Shown here: positions 7,274 through 8,634 of the stretch, piece after piece
Layout of the letters: the number at the start of each line of letters is the position of its first letter
How positions within the stretch are numbered: position 1 is the first letter of the stretch
From: Octopus sinensis
Lineage: Eukaryota
NCBI RefSeq assembly: GCF_006345805.1
Contig: NW_021828391.1
Coordinates: 1-8,634 of the forward strand
Direction: 5' to 3'
Length of the DNA: 8,634 nt
Translations under genes and position numbers: made by a program
Notes under the pieces: generated by a model
Databases searched by the model: none
Told to the model about the DNA's origin: nothing
What the model saw: only the letters and a program-made list of their open reading frames with translations

Positions 7274-8581
7274 AAACAAATCGCTTGCCGTGAATTACCG
7301 TCCAATCTCACTCACCTCTCATATCATTAAGGTATTTGAGAGAGTGCTGAGATCGCGTATGACTCACTTCCTTGAGAGTCATGATATGCTGAACTCCAAC
7401 CAGCATGGATTCCGTAATGGAAGAGATAGCCTGACGCAGCTACTGCATCATTTTGATGTCATTTTGAGAGCCTTGGGAGAGGGCTCCAACACTGATGTCA
7501 TCTTCCTTGATTTCAGCAAGGCCTTTGACAGGTTGATCATAAGATCCTTTTGAGAAAGCTGTCCAATATTGGTGTCACTGGAAAGCTGCTGCAGTGGATC
7601 AAGTGCTTCCTGTCTAACAGAACCCAACATGTTTGTAGTCGAAGGAGTCAAATCCAGCCCAGCCAAAGTCAGCAGTGGTGTCCCCACAAGCACTGTGTTG
7701 GACCCACTTCTCTTCATCATCTACATAAATGATATTACTGACGCCATCAAACACAGTAACATCAGAACTTTCGCTGATGATTCCAAGCTCCAGAAGGTCT
7801 CAATGGCGTGGATGACCGAATAAGCCTTCAGTCAGACCTACTGGTTGTTCTCCGATGGGCGGAAAAGAATAACATGTTACTAAACGAAGACAAATTCGAA
7901 CTGATCCACTTTGGAAGGGGAGGACGCTCTAAAACTTCCATACTCCCTTCCTTCTGGGAAAATTCTCATGGCGTCTAACAACATCAGAGACTTGGAGTAA
8001 CAGTGGACAACAACATAAGCTGGCTACACATATAAGCACAAAGTTGATATGGCCCGCAGAATGTGTTCCTGGATTCTCAGAACCTTCCAGTCGAGAGATT
8101 CCCACACCATTATCCTTCTCTTCTTCACTTTTGCCCGACCCCCACCTTGAATACTGCTGTCCACTGTGGTCTCCCTACACAAATCAAAATATTATGAGAA
8201 TTGAAGCTCCCCAAAGATCAATCACAAAAAAGATAGATAGCATGTCAGACCTTGACTACTGGGGTAGACTAGAGAAATTGAAACTGTATTCACTCCAACG
8301 ACACCGTGAACGCTACATTAACTGTATGATGTGGAAAATATTCCATCAGCACTGTCCGAATGATGCTGGCATCACCTTCGAAATACATCCAAGGCTTGGA
8401 CCACGTGCCATCCGTCCACAACAAAAATCTAAATCGCATCACATAACAACAATACGGCACAATCATTTCATCTCAATTGGAACCGCTCTCTTCAACATTA
8501 CACCGGGACACGTCAAAAAAGAAACTGACCACACAAAATTCAAGAAGTCTCTGGACAAATTCCTTCAAACAGAGCCGGACA
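7274..8581 (+). mobile_element. LINE copy 2: same 5' truncation as copy 1, frameshifted, cut short at its 3' end
   Basis: Collinear with 10-1309 (starting offset 7264). ORF fragments 7290-7553, 7569-7823 and 8044-8586 carry the same RT and C-terminal motifs. Similarity ends at CCGGACA (8581), before the stop codon and tail. Confidence 0.9.
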
Positions 8582-8588
8582 TATAAAC

Positions 8589-8634
8589 TTATATTTACTG
8601 CTGATGGGTTGGCGCCAACACGTTGGTCTTGAAA
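8589..8634 (+). repeat. Start of a diverged copy of the ~470-bp unit, running off the window
   Basis: Hand alignment to 6825-6871 gives 39 of 47 columns identical (7 substitutions, 1 gap). Confidence 0.65.

Overview
AT-rich, microsatellite-rich eukaryotic DNA, probably from an octopod cephalopod (based on a remembered SINE sequence, not a database search). No intact gene is visible. The window holds two copies of one 5'-truncated CR1/L2-group LINE reverse-transcriptase region (10-1470 and 7274-8581), an Octopus-type SINE remnant, several microsatellites, and a ~470-bp tandem repeat array (5163-7256) that folds back on itself at ~6590. The main result is that every complete ~470-bp unit carries a type I hammerhead ribozyme: stem I, CUGAUGA, domain II, GAAA, palindromic stem III, and a GUC cleavage triplet. 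Three copies lie on the minus strand and one on the plus strand. The array therefore looks like a non-LTR retrozyme (a circRNA-producing retroelement) with an atypical hammerhead: a 64-nt domain II and an A-A apposition at its base. It is embedded in (TA)n tracts and interleaved with LINE RT copies. Many copy-to-copy differences are homopolymer indels, so noisy long-read sequence or an amplification chimera could explain part of the higher-order architecture, though not the ribozyme motif.
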